Part shown: positions 56,096-57,994 of the stretch, one piece after another | Position numbering within the stretch: the first letter of the stretch is position 1 | How the letters are laid out: each line of letters starts with the position of its first letter | Assembly: GCA_001784875.1 (NCBI GenBank) | Contig: MFSH01000007.1 | Span: forward strand, 1-57,994 | Length of the DNA stretch: 57,994 nt | Source: Candidatus Moranbacteria bacterium RIFOXYB1_FULL_43_19 | GTDB taxonomy: Bacteria; Patescibacteriota; Minisyncoccia; Moranbacterales; UBA11712 | Direction: 5' to 3' | Program-made: the position numbers and the translations under genes | The notes under the pieces: generated by a model | What the model was told of the DNA's origin: nothing | Seen by the model: only the letters and a program-made list of their open reading frames with translations | Database searches by the model: none

Positions 56096-57994
56096 TTATA
56101 TATTGGCAAAAAGCAATGGGGAGTTATTTATGGGGCAATAGTTTTTTTCTCTTGGTTGATAACCCAGCAAGCCGAAAAATTTGAAAAAAATAAATTTATC
56201 CTCGGAGGTGTATAAGGTTAATTTTGGAGCAAAATCTGTTTGATTTTCATCCATTGCGCCAAGAATCTCTCCGTCATCATTCGAATTATTCTCCTCATTT
56301 TCAGCATTATTAGAATCTTCTTTGGAGGGCTCTTCTTTTTTCGGAGAATTATCCGATGGGGTGATCCATTGCCACTCTCCATCGATTTTCACATAAGCTT
56401 CTTCCTCAGCAATCTTCTCCTTCGAGTATTCAACCTCGTCGATAATATTTTCGTCGGGAGAGAGAAGACGCACCTTCCCGGCTTTGTTATTGAGGGAAAA
56501 TTTAGACGCTGCTCGGGTGATTGTTTTTATTTCTCCTGGGGCCAAAGTTATCCCAGCGCCTATTGAGTGATTATACATTTTATCCTCCGATCCGGTCGCG
56601 ATTTTCCAGTCCTCAAGATTAACTTCCCCCCCCGAGTTGTTTTTTGCGTCAATGGTTTCTCCCTCCGAATCATTTCCGGCGGGGTTGGGAATGATTTTCA
56701 CGATCTCGAGATCGGGCAAGGGATAGTTTTTCACTGTTAGGACAAAACTTTTTTCAACTGTCTGGGAAACGTCGCAGACTGAAAGCATCACGGTGTATTT
56801 TCCGGTGCCTTGATATCTGTGCGAGGCTTTTGCGAGGTAACTCTTTTTTCCGTCGCCAAAATCCCAGACGTACTTCAGCTTTTTTGTTTCTTTGTCTTTG
56901 GCCTTGGCGGAAAATTTCGTATAAATATCTTTATAGGTATTTTTCGGCTTATTGATTTTTACTGTCGGAGCCGAGTCGAATTTATTTTTTTCTCCGGGAG
57001 TGAGGTATCTGCTCCATCGCCAGCCTTTTCCATCGAAATTATATGAAGAATTCTTTTGGGATTTTTCATATGAAACGCTGGAGACGACTTTTCCTTCAGG
57101 ATTATATAAATATACAGACTCGTTAGAATTATTAAGCGCGATTTTGGATTCGGGGCGGTAAACTGCCAGATATCCGCCAGGTTTAATTTCAATATGTTCC
57201 TTAAAAACATGCTTTCCTGATTTTGAAGCGTCGCCAATCATCCAGCCATTCAAATCAGCCGGACCGCTTTCACCGCTGGCGATTTCAATATACTCGCCAT
57301 TTGAATCTTTTTTGGGATTGGGAAAGATTTCGTTGAGATATATGTTTTCAGCCGGAGACTGACCTTCTCCGGAAATGGTGTCGGATGCGCTTTCGTCGGA
57401 ATCTGAAGGCGTGATGGCGTTTTCCTCCCCGGGAGTAGTGGTCAATGTCCACTGCCAGTTTTCTTTGCCGAAAGAATATGAAAAATCTTTCTGGGCTTTT
57501 TCGAAATTTTGGCTATCTAGTGCTTCATTTTTTGAGCCCCCGTCTTTTCCCAAGAGATATACCGTATCGGAATCATTATTTAAATAAAGATTTCCCCCTA
57601 AAAATATATATTCTCCCGGATCCAGAATTGAATTTTCTGGAAATTCTTTCTTGTGGCCGGCTTCATCCATTATTTTCCAGCCGGAAACATCCACACAGCT
57701 TTCTCCGGTATTTATGACTTCAACAAATTCTTCTCCACTGGCTGGATATGGAAAAATTTCATTGAGATTTATGTTTGGTGATTCCGAAACGCAGGAGCCC
57801 GATGCATCCGAAAAAGCATCTTCAATATCTCCAACATCTTCAATATCTGCCGGTGATTCTCCGTCATCTAAATCCGAAAGTTCTTCATTGTTGCTTCCGG
57901 CAAAACTGCTGTTTTGAGGTGAGGGAGAGTTAGATATTGAAAAATCAGCTGCATTGTCATCCGTGTCTATGAAATTTGTTCTGCATAGGCTCTG
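56096..57994 (-). CDS. multi lamin-tail-domain (LTD) + PKD surface protein, 5'-partial
   Basis: NEIFPNP...EYIEI, LNN..DTV.L, TPG.EN repeats; WDFGDG PKD motif; frame stays open to the window end. Confidence 0.85.
   Translation of the reverse strand, partial: QSLCRTNFIDTDDNAADFSISNSPSPQNSSFAGSNNEELSDLDDGESPADIEDVGDIEDAFSDASGSCVSESPNINLNEIFPYPASGEEFVEVINTGESCVDVSGWKIMDEAGHKKEFPENSILDPGEYIFLGGNLYLNNDSDTVYLLGKDGGSKNEALDSQNFEKAQKDFSYSFGKENWQWTLTTTPGEENAITPSDSDESASDTISGEGQSPAENIYLNEIFPNPKKDSNGEYIEIASGESGPADLNGWMIGDASKSGKHVFKEHIEIKPGGYLAVYRPESKIALNNSNESVYLYNPEGKVVSSVSYEKSQKNSSYNFDGKGWRWSRYLTPGEKNKFDSAPTVKINKPKNTYKDIYTKFSAKAKDKETKKLKYVWDFGDGKKSYLAKASHRYQGTGKYTVMLSVCDVSQTVEKSFVLTVKNYPLPDLEIVKIIPNPAGNDSEGETIDAKNNSGGEVNLEDWKIATGSEDKMYNHSIGAGITLAPGEIKTITRAASKFSLNNKAGKVRLLSPDENIIDEVEYSKEKIAEEEAYVKIDGEWQWITPSDNSPKKEEPSKEDSNNAENEENNSNDDGEILGAMDENQTDFAPKLTLYTSEDKFIFFKFFGLLGYQPREKNYCPINNSPLLFANI

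Overview
Chromosomal window from a Patescibacteria (CPR) bacterium, probably Parcubacteria/Moranbacteria-like (inferred from gene content and style; standard genetic code). It spans the replication origin (jag-yidC-rnpA-rpmH | dnaA-dnaN-dciA, with DnaA boxes on both sides of dnaA). It also holds a ~17.6 kb T4SS-like operon (VirB6-like, PrgI, VirB4, two VirB2-like pilins). One pilin is fused to a lytic transglycosylase and is followed by an Ivy-like inhibitor gene. Other content: surface-polysaccharide genes, PBP1A, an operon with four ATP-grasp ligases plus a 7TM protein and a DUF1704 peptidase, ruvC/yebC, late riboflavin genes and a split PEP-utilising enzyme pair. The most striking unexplained structure is non-coding. 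Three four-helix-bundle (TIGR02436/Avd-like) genes each sit inside their own family of ~7-nt-periodic imperfect inverted arms, and each arm family also occurs as empty copies at gene junctions. A separate CCC...GGG hairpin mini-element occurs 6-7 times, four times in frame inside proteins. No rRNA, tRNA, CRISPR array, integrase, transposase or reverse transcriptase was recognised.
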